A stretch of 63,585 nucleotides of DNA, the filler included, from Octopus bimaculoides (taxonomy: Eukaryota): assembly GCF_001194135.2 (NCBI RefSeq). It is 4 parts of 4 records of this genome, joined end to end, with 100 filler letters (N's around TTAATTAATTAA, not from the genome) between each part and the next. Parts side by side here need not be neighbours in the genome. Positions count along the whole stretch, not along the records: positions 1 to 17,890 come from NC_068983.1; 3 more parts are not named here. One strand, 5' to 3'. The position numbers and the translations under genes were made by a program. Each line of letters opens with the position of its first letter. The stretch's first letter is position 1. Below, piece after piece: positions 1 to 10,360 of the stretch. The notes under the pieces are model-generated. The model worked only from the letters and a program-made list of their open reading frames with translations, was not told where the DNA came from and did no database searches.

Positions 1-334
1 ACGAAACTTCATTGACTTTCATATATTTATATTGATATACATATATATACGTGTGTTTGGGTGCGTGTGTGTATATGCTCCACAAGGGAAAACAAGGAAC
101 ATTGTTTACAACGAGGTGTTATAATCACAACAGCAAGAAAGTATGTACATGATCACCTTCTTTTACGAAACTTCATTGACTTTCATATATTTATATTGAT
201 ATACATATATATACGTGTGTTTGGGTGCGTGTGTGTATATACATCTCTATATATAAAGATGATGCGTAGTCTAGACGGCGTTTTTAGATTTCATTATTCT
301 CTTTAACCCGGGCAACGCCGGGTATTTCTGCTAG
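1..334 (+). mobile_element. Helitron-like non-autonomous element, 3' part
   Basis: Hairpin ACCCGG-gcaacg-CCGGGT (306-323) followed by atttctg-CTAG (331-334) and T. Upstream 76-nt block is repeated (1-76 and 165-240). A TC..TATATATAAAG motif follows an A at 244. Confidence 0.55.
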
Positions 335-1199
335 TTAACTACAAATTGAACATTTTCAAAATCTGAACGAAATGCAACAAAACTGAAGAAGTTATATAAA
401 CAAAGCAGGTTATATAACAATGATAAATGTTTAAATGCACAGAGTGCATTTGTTTGGTGTAATAAAGATATATGAAATAGATACTTTTCAAAGACCAACT
501 GAACGTTTCCACGAAGAATGAAAGGTGGTGACGGTGGATGGACGAAGACAAAATAGAAGCAGATAAATGCAGTTGATAGACTTGTCTGAACAACGCGTAT
601 TAACAAATTGTCTTCATGTGACAGTCTCAATTTAAATAGACATTTAATGACTTATATATTTACCAGATTGTACAACAATCAACAAATACATATCCCAACA
701 CGTACATTCACACATACACACACATCATGTAAATAGTTATTTACAAAACTTAGCGACTGTTACATTCAGTAACTCAAACAGGCAAAGGTTGATATCCCAC
801 CAGGTCAAACTTTAATTCCTTCGTGGGGGTCTATAGAATAAGTGCAGCTAATATAGTAGAATCGATTAAATTGATTATACCCACTTCAACAAAAATTGCG
901 TTTCGTGTCATACCAATAGTTCTGCGAGTGGTGTGGTTGTAGCCATGATTCGTACTGTTTTTGACGGCGTGTAGCACATTTGGCTTTCTAAAAATTGACC
1001 TGTAAAAAGTTCCTATATCTTAAATGAGAAAGTTAATTTTGGGGCGTAAAATTATTTTCTTAAAAGATTCGACTATTTCGTAAATAATTTTGCATCATGT
1101 AAACCATGGTATATTGATATAAAGATTATAAAGTTATATCTGTATTTTAAGTATTAAATTAAGTAATACAGACCAAATAATTTCATTTATTTGGTCTGT

Positions 1200-1695
1200 G
1201 ATAAAAGAATCAAAGCATTTGCTTCACTTCAGTGCGAAGGCTGCTCGTTGTGAGATATCGCAAAGAGCCAAGGATTGAATAATGAATAAGGATTGATTTC
1301 AACTTTCCCATCGAGTTTGATGAGTTCGACTACATCGATCATTTAAGTCCTGTTAAGAAGCAGGATGTACGTTTTCGGTCACAACGAGGACTGTGAGACT
1401 TTCTTTGAACATCCTGAATTTTCTTCAAATTGGCTACAACTCTAAAAACAGTAGATTTGGCATACTTTGTGACTCTAACAATCTCCCCAGCACTTTTGCC
1501 GGCGCAAAATAATCCGGTAATTACATATCTACGGTTTAATTCTTTATCAACATTCATAGTTTGTTCAATCTGAAATACAAAATAAAACAAGTGATTATTT
1601 AAGCTGGTAATATTTAGAATTTAGACTCCAACAAAATCTATACAATTAGAAATACATCAATTTGAAATTTGTCCCAATTTACCTGCTACACCCTG
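1200..1695 (-). mobile_element. Tc1/maT-like DNA transposon, 5' fragment
   Basis: On the minus strand the terminus reads TA|CAGGGTGTAGCAGG. ORF 1339-1590 gives an HTH-like N-terminus (GKSAGEIVRVTKYAKSTVFRVV). Left boundary is approximate. Confidence 0.65.
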
Positions 1696-1761
1696 TATAC
1701 GTATATAGAATATATGTATACATATATATGGATATATATGTATGCGTATAAAAACTTTATG

Positions 1762-1763
<2 letters not shown>

Positions 1764-1817
<54 letters not shown>
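1764..1817. repeat. (CA)n microsatellite running into a gap
   Basis: Direct reading. Confidence 0.95.
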
Positions 1818-2725
1818 NNNNNNNNNNNNNNNNNNNNNNNNNNNNNNNNNNNNNNNNNNNNNNNNNNNNNNNNNNNNNNNNNNNNNNNNNNNNNNNNNNN
1901 NNNNNNNNNNNNNNNNNNNNNNNNNNNNNNNNNNNNNNNNNNNNNNNNNNNNNNNNNNNNNNNNNNNNNNNNNNNNNNNNNNNNNNNNNNNNNNNNNNNN
2001 NNNNNNNNNNNNNNNNNNNNNNNNNNNNNNNNNNNNNNNNNNNNNNNNNNNNNNNNNNNNNNNNNNNNNNNNNNNNNNNNNNNNNNNNNNNNNNNNNNNN
2101 NNNNNNNNNNNNNNNNNNNNNNNNNNNNNNNNNNNNNNNNNNNNNNNNNNNNNNNNNNNNNNNNNNNNNNNNNNNNNNNNNNNNNNNNNNNNNNNNNNNN
2201 NNNNNNNNNNNNNNNNNNNNNNNNNNNNNNNNNNNNNNNNNNNNNNNNNNNNNNNNNNNNNNNNNNNNNNNNNNNATATATATATATAGGTAATGAAAAA
2301 TTATGAAGGTGAACTCTTCAAGAAATAACAACGTAGGGCTCAATTTATTGAGTGATTAGATTAAAGTATTAATTTGAAAGAGATAAGTTCCAAGGTCAAT
2401 AATACTCCTCATCAAAGGCGACACATATCATACACAGAAGGCATATATAAGCCATTATAAGCATGCGAACACATAACATACAAAAACATATATATACATA
2501 TAATAGTGTAATCGCGTGCCCAAATCAAAATCGGGTAAGTAATTACATAAATACATACAGATAAATCAAGAAGTCCAAGCTGATGAGATAACAATTCACA
2601 ATAATCCAAAAAGGAAGTCCTCAAATGAATCCGTGCGAAGAAGTGTGTAGGTAAAACCTTTTGAACTTCAGTAATCCACATTTCCTTCATAAATAGAAGT
2701 TGAAAATGCACCGAGAGTAGTTAAG

Positions 2726-3236
2726 ATATTTTTTTATTATTATATTTAAAGATTTAACTGGTTTCACAGTTTCGCAGTATATTACGCAAAATATACTGCC
2801 ACGTGACACTAACGCACGGACTTAGCGCGAAACGTACAAAAAGTTCTAAATTTAATCACGTGTTCATTCTCTACAAACTTGACAGAAAATATCCAGACCA
2901 TTGATTGCTTTGTACCACCACTAGACTTGTTCAGTCAACCGTGTCAGCCTTAACTTACGACGCTAAACATCGTCACTTGATAGTAACTCACGGACGTAGC
3001 GGAGATCCAACAAAAATTTCTAAGACCAATCATGTGACTATTCTCTACTAATCAATCCCTATTCAAAACATAGACTACTTTGAACCATGAACACCCTATA
3101 AAAATAGGACAAGCTTCAAACACTAGTCAGAAGCAAAACAGCTGCGACATAAGCTACGTCTTTCTATTTCAAATTTTTGAAAATCAGTGTAAACTGTGAA
3201 ACCGGTTAAATCTTTAGATATAATAATAAAAAATAT
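2726..3236. mobile_element. Element bounded by ~46-bp inverted repeats, possibly Penelope-related
   Basis: 2726-2772 is the near-perfect reverse complement of 3191-3236. Diverged internal direct repeat at ~2810-2880 and ~2983-3050. The right arm overlaps a hammerhead-like motif. Confidence 0.5.
3173..3211 (+). ncRNA. Minimal type I hammerhead-like ribozyme motif (U3-A8 variant)
   Basis: AUUU / UUGAAAA / uCAGU-GUAA-ACUGu / GAAA / CCGG / UU / AAAU gives stem I, core, GNRA-capped stem II and palindromic stem III. Confidence 0.55.
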
Positions 3237-3339
3237 TTTAACTATTCTCAGTACATTTTCAACTTCTATTTTTCATATATATATATATATATATGGATAA
3301 ATACTATATACATGTGTATGTATGTACCTGTCTATACCC

Positions 3340-3460
3340 ACATGCATTTACATACATATACATACATACAAACATACATACATACATACATACATACATA
3401 CATACATACATACATACATGCATGCATGCATCCATGTATGTATATATGTATGTATGTATA
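3340..3460. repeat. (TACA)n/(TATG)n microsatellite
   Basis: Direct reading. Confidence 0.9.
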
Positions 3461-4500
3461 GGAGGGTTTTACGGAAAGTAATGTGAAAGTGGACATAATT
3501 TGTTTATTAAACTATATCGGTTGCACAGATTGGTAGTGATTTTTCATCTATAATATCTTTTTTTCTTGTTTGTCTTTATTGCATGCAAATATTGGGATCC
3601 AAGAAGAAGAAACTTGCCTTTATTTAGTTCTTGATGAATGAGGGGTACAGGCCGGACGATGTCCACAGAAGGCTATAAGTTGTTTTTTTGGAGATGACAT
3701 CATTGACAGCAGTAATGTATACAGGGTGATAGAAACTTTTCAAGTAGTTGCAAAGTATTGAAGACAAACCAGGCAGCGGGCAAACATCAACTGCGACCTC
3801 TGACACAAATCTCCAACTAGTTGACGGTTTGTTTGGTACAGAGAGACAAGTGAGAAACCTGAAATGTAATTACAATGCATTACAAAAGAAGGTGGAAGAC
3901 TTTCTGCTCTGATCTTCAGGAAGCATTTGAAGTCAATGAAAACATGTTTTCTATTGTTTTATTCTTTTTCGATCTGGTAACAATGGATGAAATGTGGGTG
4001 TATCTTTACGATTTGAAAATGAAAAATCAGTCCATAGAATGGTGTCACAACTCTCCTCCAAGATGAAGTTCCTGAGCCAGCGATTGGCACAGAAAGTTGT
4101 GGTGTTTGTTTTATGGGATGACAAGAGCGTCATTTTCTTTGAATTTCTGGAACGTGGTTGTCGCGTGAATAGCGATCGGCGCATTGAGGCCTTAGAGAAG
4201 CGATTAGGGGGAAGAGACTAGACAAGAATCTGAAACCGATCCACATTTACCATGATAATGCACGACCACATGTATCTTCGGCAACGAATTAGGCAATCGG
4301 TAAACTTGGCTGGTCAGTAGTTCCTGTCCATCGCACAGCACGGATTTGGTGCCCGCCCTTTGACTTCTATTTGTTTGATCCAATGAAGGCTGCTCTTTGG
4401 GGATAATGATTTGTTGAAACAGACAAGATGAAAGTGACGATGAAGAAACAGGTGCAACAGTGCGCACCTAATTCTTTCAAAAAGTTTCGTGAGTTCAACG
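3461..4500 (+). mobile_element. Degenerate mariner transposase remnant
   Basis: Translated pieces LVTMDEMWVYLYD, KVVVFVLWDDKSVIFFEFLERG and HDNARPH match the mariner catalytic domain, with frameshifts. Ends are approximate. Confidence 0.8.
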
Positions 4501-4526
4501 ATGGCGTAAACTCATCGCTTCTCGTG

Positions 4527-4750
4527 ACGTTTATATTGGTTTCAAATTTTGGGACAAGGCCAGAAATATCGTGAGAGGAGTAAGTCGATTGCATCGACTC
4601 CAGTGCTCAACTGGTACTTATTTTATCGACTCCGAAAGGAAGAGAGGTAAGGTTGACCTTGGCGGAATTTGAACTCAGAACGTAAAGACGGACGAAATGC
4701 CGCTAAGCATTTTGCCCGGCGTGCAAACGATTCTGCCTGCTCGCCACCTT
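4527..4750 (-). mobile_element. tRNA-head SINE, family A
   Basis: Minus strand has A-box-like GGTGGCGAGCAGGCAGAATCG and B-box GAGTTCAAATTCCG. Homologous to copies at 22291 and 25593. Confidence 0.85.
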
Positions 4751-5620
4751 CGGTGGAGATTATATTGAGTAACACCTTTGTTGAGAGGAAGAGTTTTACT
4801 ACCAGCATGTACAATTTGAACGACCTCTATCAGTTAATAAGAAAAAAGTTGCACCATTACTCTCAGGCTCATCCTCGCTTAAGTGTGTGTATGGGAGGAG
4901 ACCATGTTGCATTGAAAACATGACCGGACTATGTTCTTTTTTTACTTCTTTCTTTGTAAGTATTCTCGTGTTTGAGCATCAGACCCTTGTAGTTTATTGG
5001 GAACAATAACATTTCTAATTCTAGTTGTATTTTGACAAAATAAAAGTCGTAATGTAGCAAGAAACTCTATGGAGAGCGGGATAGCGGTTTTTTAGAGAAG
5101 AAGACCCCACCTTATACAAGCGTTTAGGCCCTTAACTATTCATACTGTGGGCTGGGTCGCAACCTGGTTTTGATTCCTGGATACTCCTCTACTATTGCAT
5201 TTAGTGCTACTCTGCATTTTAACCTGCACCATCCTAGGTGGTTAAAATACTCCAAACTAAGCTATTTTGGATGTCATAACCACTTATGTCTGGGACACCA
5301 GTTGAACATAGGGCAAGTTATGCCTTCTGAAGTTCACTTCAATTCCTCATTGACCAGATCTGTGCTATAGATATTTTATATAAGACACTTTAGAAAATAT
5401 AATTTCCATTCAGTAAACATAATTTCAACTCCACCGTGATTCGACCCTGGGACACAATTTATAACTTGAATTCTTAAGCAAATGAACTACGTTATCGTGT
5501 CTAATAAAATTACTAAGAGGCATCAAAGTCTGTTAAGATTCATTCACTTATCAGCATTAGTATTATTGACTCTTATTGTAATTATGTACAATTATTCCGT
5601 CGAGTTTGTTTTACACGCAG

Positions 5621-5621
<1 letters not shown>

Positions 5622-5706
<85 letters not shown>

Positions 5707-5830
5707 GCTCACACACACACACACGCGCGCGTACACATAGAATAACGCGCGCGCATGCACATACACTCAAACACATACGCTCACACTCACACACACTCGC
5801 ACACACTCAGACACACACTCAAACACACAC
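5622..5830. repeat. (CA)n and degenerate CA/CT microsatellite
   Basis: Direct reading. Confidence 0.95.
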
Positions 5831-6371
5831 ATGTAACTCACACAGATTGTTCATACACTAACGCTTATTCCTCAATGCATAATCACCAGTGAATCTAAAG
5901 TCAGTTTATACCTGATAAGAGAGTAAGATTCCAATGGCGGTTACTGATATTAGGGAACAACGTCCACCTTTAAGTGTATCTCAGTGCGACATAGTTAGAG
6001 TGAAAAGACTAGTTGTAAACACATTACTTATAGTTAGTTTTCTGCACTTTGATACAAAACACTATCAACATATCTCTCCGAATTGAAGAAATCAGGTGTT
6101 GGAACAAAGTAACATTAAAAAATAATGGTGTTCTATCGGGGACCATTAAATATATTCGTCTTTTCCAATGTAAACGGACGAAGATATGCTTGATTGGTTG
6201 GCTAATAAGTTTATTTAGCAATCACGTGGTTCAAGTACCATTCCACTACCTGGAACCTTAGGGAAGTATTTTCTACCATAGCCTAAGATCGACCAAACCT
6301 TACGAGTGAAATTGAGTTGTTGTCGACCTCCATCATGATCCATGATCAAAGACATCCCAGCCGTGACCATC

Positions 6372-6665
6372 TTATCGTTTTGTATATCTAGGACTAGATA
6401 AACAACGTGTACTACAATTTTTTAAGGCAGCAAGCAGCGATCTAGCAGAGTGGTCACATAGAGATTTCTTTGCTGGTGCCAGTGAAGTTGAGAAGACAGA
6501 AACAGTCAGAGAATTGCATCTGCTTTTTGTGGGTGTTAGGGTTTGACTTAATCCGTCGCTCAGTTTAACATCATTGCCTAAATATTTAGTGAATTTCACG
6601 CCGTTGTCTTTGGACCAGGGACTCGGTTTGAAGACAATTCCTTCTTTTTCATAGAAGTCATTCAT
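6372..6665 (-). CDS. Unassigned 97-aa ORF in a higher-complexity island
   Basis: Open frame with protein-like composition (MNDFYEKEGIVFKPSPWSKDNGVKFTKYLGND...). No family recognised. Confidence 0.2.
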   Translation of the reverse strand: MNDFYEKEGIVFKPSPWSKDNGVKFTKYLGNDVKLSDGLSQTLTPTKSRCNSLTVSVFSTSLAPAKKSLCDHSARSLLAALKNCSTRCLSSPRYTKR

Positions 6666-7130
6666 GGCGCGTATCTTTTAATATCAAAATTTAATATGAT
6701 TATATCAAAATATAATATAATTATAATTTTTCAGTCCTTTAACTTTAAAGATGAAACATTTTGTAATTTTTAATTTGGTCCCCGGTCATTATCAAATGTC
6801 TTAATCCGGGACAACAAAGGTCAAGTGCCTTGGTTGTGCATATTTCATTATTTTCCAACTTATTGAGTCTACATCTCCAAGAAAGCTTTAGTGAGCCCTT
6901 AATAATACAAGCTTGAAAACATACATGCCTTTTAATCATTTTGAGACCTTGCAGATCGTAAGGTACAAAGATGTGTCTTCTTTAACTTATGACTAAATCC
7001 GGTTCTGTCAGAAACTCTGTATATCATTATAAGGATAATGCAGCCCTACATAACTACTTTTTTCAATAATAATGAAATAATTGTATCTTCCAAACATGAT
7101 ATAACAGTCTATTAACATTTAACGATGCTT

Positions 7131-7210
7131 TGGTATCGTTAATTATTATATGGTATCGTTAATTATTATTTGGTATCGTTAATTATTATTTGGTATCGTT
7201 AATTATTATA
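7131..7210. repeat. Minisatellite, 20-bp unit x4
   Basis: TGGTATCGTTAATTATTAT(A/T) repeated four times. Confidence 0.95.
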
Positions 7211-7744
7211 TTTCTAATCATTTCATTTATTCAAGAACAGAACCTGATCGAAAGTATTCCTCTACTATATTTGCAAGGACTCACTGCTTCCAATACAATT
7301 TACAGTATTTATGTCTTTTATTTGAACTAATGAGAGAGTTTCCGTACAAATCTCATTCAAAACACACCTAACCATCTTAGTAAAAAAAAAACTGAAAGGC
7401 ACATTGAATAATATAGTCCTACAAATACACAAAGATGGGGTGGTTTTGGCTGTATTTTCATCATAGGTCTGCTCCATCCGTATTTAACCTTAACCACGGC
7501 CTCAAATATTATAGACGACGTTTCATTTTAAATACTATCATGTGAAGGATTTAAACTCTTTTCACTATCAGAAGGATCTTACATATTAGATGCCTGGAGA
7601 TCATGAGTGCCAGAACTATAATAACATAGAATATAAAAGGAATTATATATATGTGTGTGTAAAAGGTTGAAGAGGAACACACGAGTAGATATATATATGG
7701 AAAAAAGACAAAGTAAAAAATGCTAAAATATTTTTATAAAAAAC

Positions 7745-7790
7745 GTTTTAGTACCGGTTTCGATCCTTGAGATGATTTCAACTTTAAATA
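7745..7790 (-). ncRNA. Degenerate hammerhead-like motif
   Basis: Minus strand reads UUGAAAU-cauc-ucaag-gauc-GAAA-CCGG-UA. Core and stem II carry mismatches. Confidence 0.3.
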
Positions 7791-8075
7791 TGGATAACAA
7801 ATTTTGGTAAATTTAAATGAAAAGTCTTTTTAAAAACATATTTGTGTATATACATACAGATTTGTCCTTCCAGTTATGCATACATTCACATTCTCACAGC
7901 TGTAACCGAAATGAGAGGGTCAATACGCATTACATACTGTTTGTGTGAAAAACCTAAATGTTAAATTTTACCATTAACTCACCTGCAGATAAACGATCTT
8001 TTTTACATGACGGAATTGCTTTGTTCAATAAAGAATATGTCGGAAACACCTGTGTGAACCTGCGCCCATCTTTGT

Positions 8076-8111
<36 letters not shown>

Positions 8112-8412
8112 NNNNNNNNNNNNNNNNNNNNNNNNNNNNNNNNNNNNNNNNNNNNNNNNNNNNNNNNNNNNNNNNNNNNNNNNNNNNNNNNNNNNNNNNN
8201 NNNNNNNNNNNNNNNNNNNNNNNNNNNNNNNNNNNNNNNNNNNNNNNNNNNNNNNNNNNNNNNNNNNNNNNNNNNNNNNNNNNNNNNNNNNNNNNNNNNN
8301 NNNNNNNNNNNNNNNNNNNNNNNNNNNNNNNNNNNNNNNNNNNNNNNNNNNNNNNNNNNNNNNNNNNNNNNNNNNNNNNNNNNNNNNNNNNNNNNNNNNN
8401 NNNNNNNNNNNN

Positions 8413-8639
8413 TTTGGCCAAAAATCACCCGACAGTAAATCAAAATTCCATAAATACTATCTATAATTCTATATTGACTCGAATGGAAAAATGTGTCGCT
8501 CAAGAAGGACTTCAGTTTGAACAATTTTCATGATTTTTTCTATTTAGTTGCTTTTATCAAGTTCATTCGGTTGTTATAGATAAATCTTGGAATTAAATGG
8601 TTTTGATTTACTGTCGGGTAACTTTTGGCCAACTCTGTG
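8413..8639 (+). mobile_element. Internally deleted Tc1/mariner-superfamily element
   Basis: Inverted repeats TTGGCCAAAA..ACCCGACAGTAAATCAAAA at 8413-8445 and ~8601-8632. Encodes a transposase-like end (RMEKCVAQEGLQFEQFS*). TA follows the right end; the left end is in a gap. Confidence 0.7.
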
Positions 8640-8669
8640 TACATGTGTGTGTGTGTGTGTGTGTGCAAC

Positions 8670-8820
8670 TTTCTAATTAAGGGCAGCAGATTTTCAGGGA
8701 GCGTTTACTTGATACTGTTGACTCCAGTAACAAATTGGCTCTTTATTTTATTATTCTCGAGGGATAAAGGACAATGATAACCTCGGGGAGATTTGAACGT
8801 AGAACGTAAAGAGCCGGCCT
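8670..8820 (-). mobile_element. tRNA-head SINE, family A, degenerate
   Basis: Similar to 4527-4750 (gacaatgataacctcggggagatttgaacgtagaacgtaaaga). Confidence 0.6.
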
Positions 8821-8936
8821 GAACATAAAATGCGTCAGAACGTGAAGAGATAGAAACAAAATAAATAATAACATTCAACACCAAATTTTTTCAACACTAC
8901 TACTTTTTACTACTTTTTACCAAAAACTTGGCCACT

Positions 8937-10360
8937 GTCTTTTTTATTTTTTTTTTTTCTCTTATTTTTTGGGAACAATTGGGACGTGGATATAAGGTAC
9001 CAATATAGATATAAGTATTCACGAATGCGATACCGCATCTTTCCTTTGGCTTTACGTGGGCGGTCCCACCGCAATTCGTCAACAGCAACGCGCAAGAGCG
9101 ACGACGAGGCACGTGTCCTAATCGGTTGTCACACACGTCCGAGCCCATCGTTGTTATATCTGAGTAGTTGAGTCAATACCGTTTTTAAGGTGGACGGTAC
9201 CACGCGTCCGGAGAGCTAAGCCATGCACGCAGGAAACGACGTCCGAAACCTGACCAGTGACCTGACCAGTGACCTGACTCTGATGTAGGCGGCGGGCCCC
9301 TGACCTGCCCACCACCCAGACAGATCTGCAATACCGAGCCAACGAACGTATTCCCTGTAGCCGAACCCAAAAGATGACTGCAATCCGGGCGCACAGAGTA
9401 TTGCAAGACTGTTCTCTCTTCAAGCCTATCCCGTGAACGTAGACCACTTCTCCCTACGACACTCAGCTTTCGTGGACCAGGCCACACGTCTAGGAGGTAC
9501 ACTCATCGATCCAATAATCGGCACGCCAACAATCTAGGCGAATCATAACCGCACCTAAATACCCGATGCCACCTATGTAGGTGGGCGGTGCCACCGGCGT
9601 TGCCAGGAGTCGCAGTAGTCCTTGATCCAGCCAGTTGCCCGCTAAGGGGCTGCAAGAGGTATACAACCGATGTATCCAGAGCAGCAGACACTTTACTGGT
9701 CGAGCATTCCACCCAGTCGATGAGTCAGGAGCTGATCTATACTGTTACCACTAGGATTCTAGGCTTTCGTGGACAGGTTCACGCGTCCAGTGGGTACATA
9801 CATCTGCAGTCAGTTGATTCGCCAGCTGAGCAAGCGGGTCATAACCGCACCTAAACACCCGTTGTTTTAAGATGAGCGGTGTTACTGGGGACGCCGGGCA
9901 CTGCAGTGGTCCCAGATCCAGCTAGCTTCCAGTCGTTGGGTCGGTGAGTCTTAAGCGGATCAACGGCAGTCAATGCGATTCTAAGTGTCCTGGGGTAGCC
10001 AGGTCGGTACGCGGGTTAGCTCCGACCGTGGCTATCCCTTGGTGTGGGATTTTCGATACTCCAGGATGACCCATCGATATCGTTTGCCCTTCTTTTACGA
10101 CTCAGCCAGGGACCTCGAATTAGGGCCTCGACCCGAAGTGGAGTGGAAGGTACTCACTCGGCTTGACCGAATTAAGAGATTTCAGCGCTTTTAATTGACC
10201 CAATGTGGAAAGGCCAATTCAACATGGTCCCTTCCCGACACTGCTCCAGCCACGGATGAAGCTTTCTTATCTCGACAAAGTCTCTATGGTGAACATGCTT
10301 ATCGGTCGCAATCGTTGTATGCCGCCATCTCCTCTGCTACATGGACACATCCGCCATTAA
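8937..10360 (-). mobile_element. GC-rich unclassified insertion with ~296-bp diverged internal repeats
   Basis: Sharp GC/CpG rise against the flanks. TCATAACCGCACCTAAA occurs at 9543 and 9839. A-rich tract on the minus strand at ~8937-8968; ATGGCGG motifs at 10321-10358. Confidence 0.4.

Noticed and set aside
1657-2343. Long ORFs in the track spanning N-runs or CA/TG repeats (also 7954-8533, 16314-17018, 38109-39065, 57524-57997, 61235-61912)
   Set aside because: Their length comes from X codons and dinucleotide repeats.
2559-2684. 126-nt open minus-strand segment with AG/GT ends (EMWITEVQKVLPTHFFARIH...)
   Set aside because: Weak acceptor, no recognisable homology and no linked exons. Expected by chance in AT-rich DNA.
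4527-4750. tRNA-like A/B boxes in many places
   Set aside because: They are SINE heads without a complete cloverleaf, so they are not called tRNA genes.
7131-7210. Regular 20-bp repeats
   Set aside because: No unique spacers; an ordinary minisatellite.
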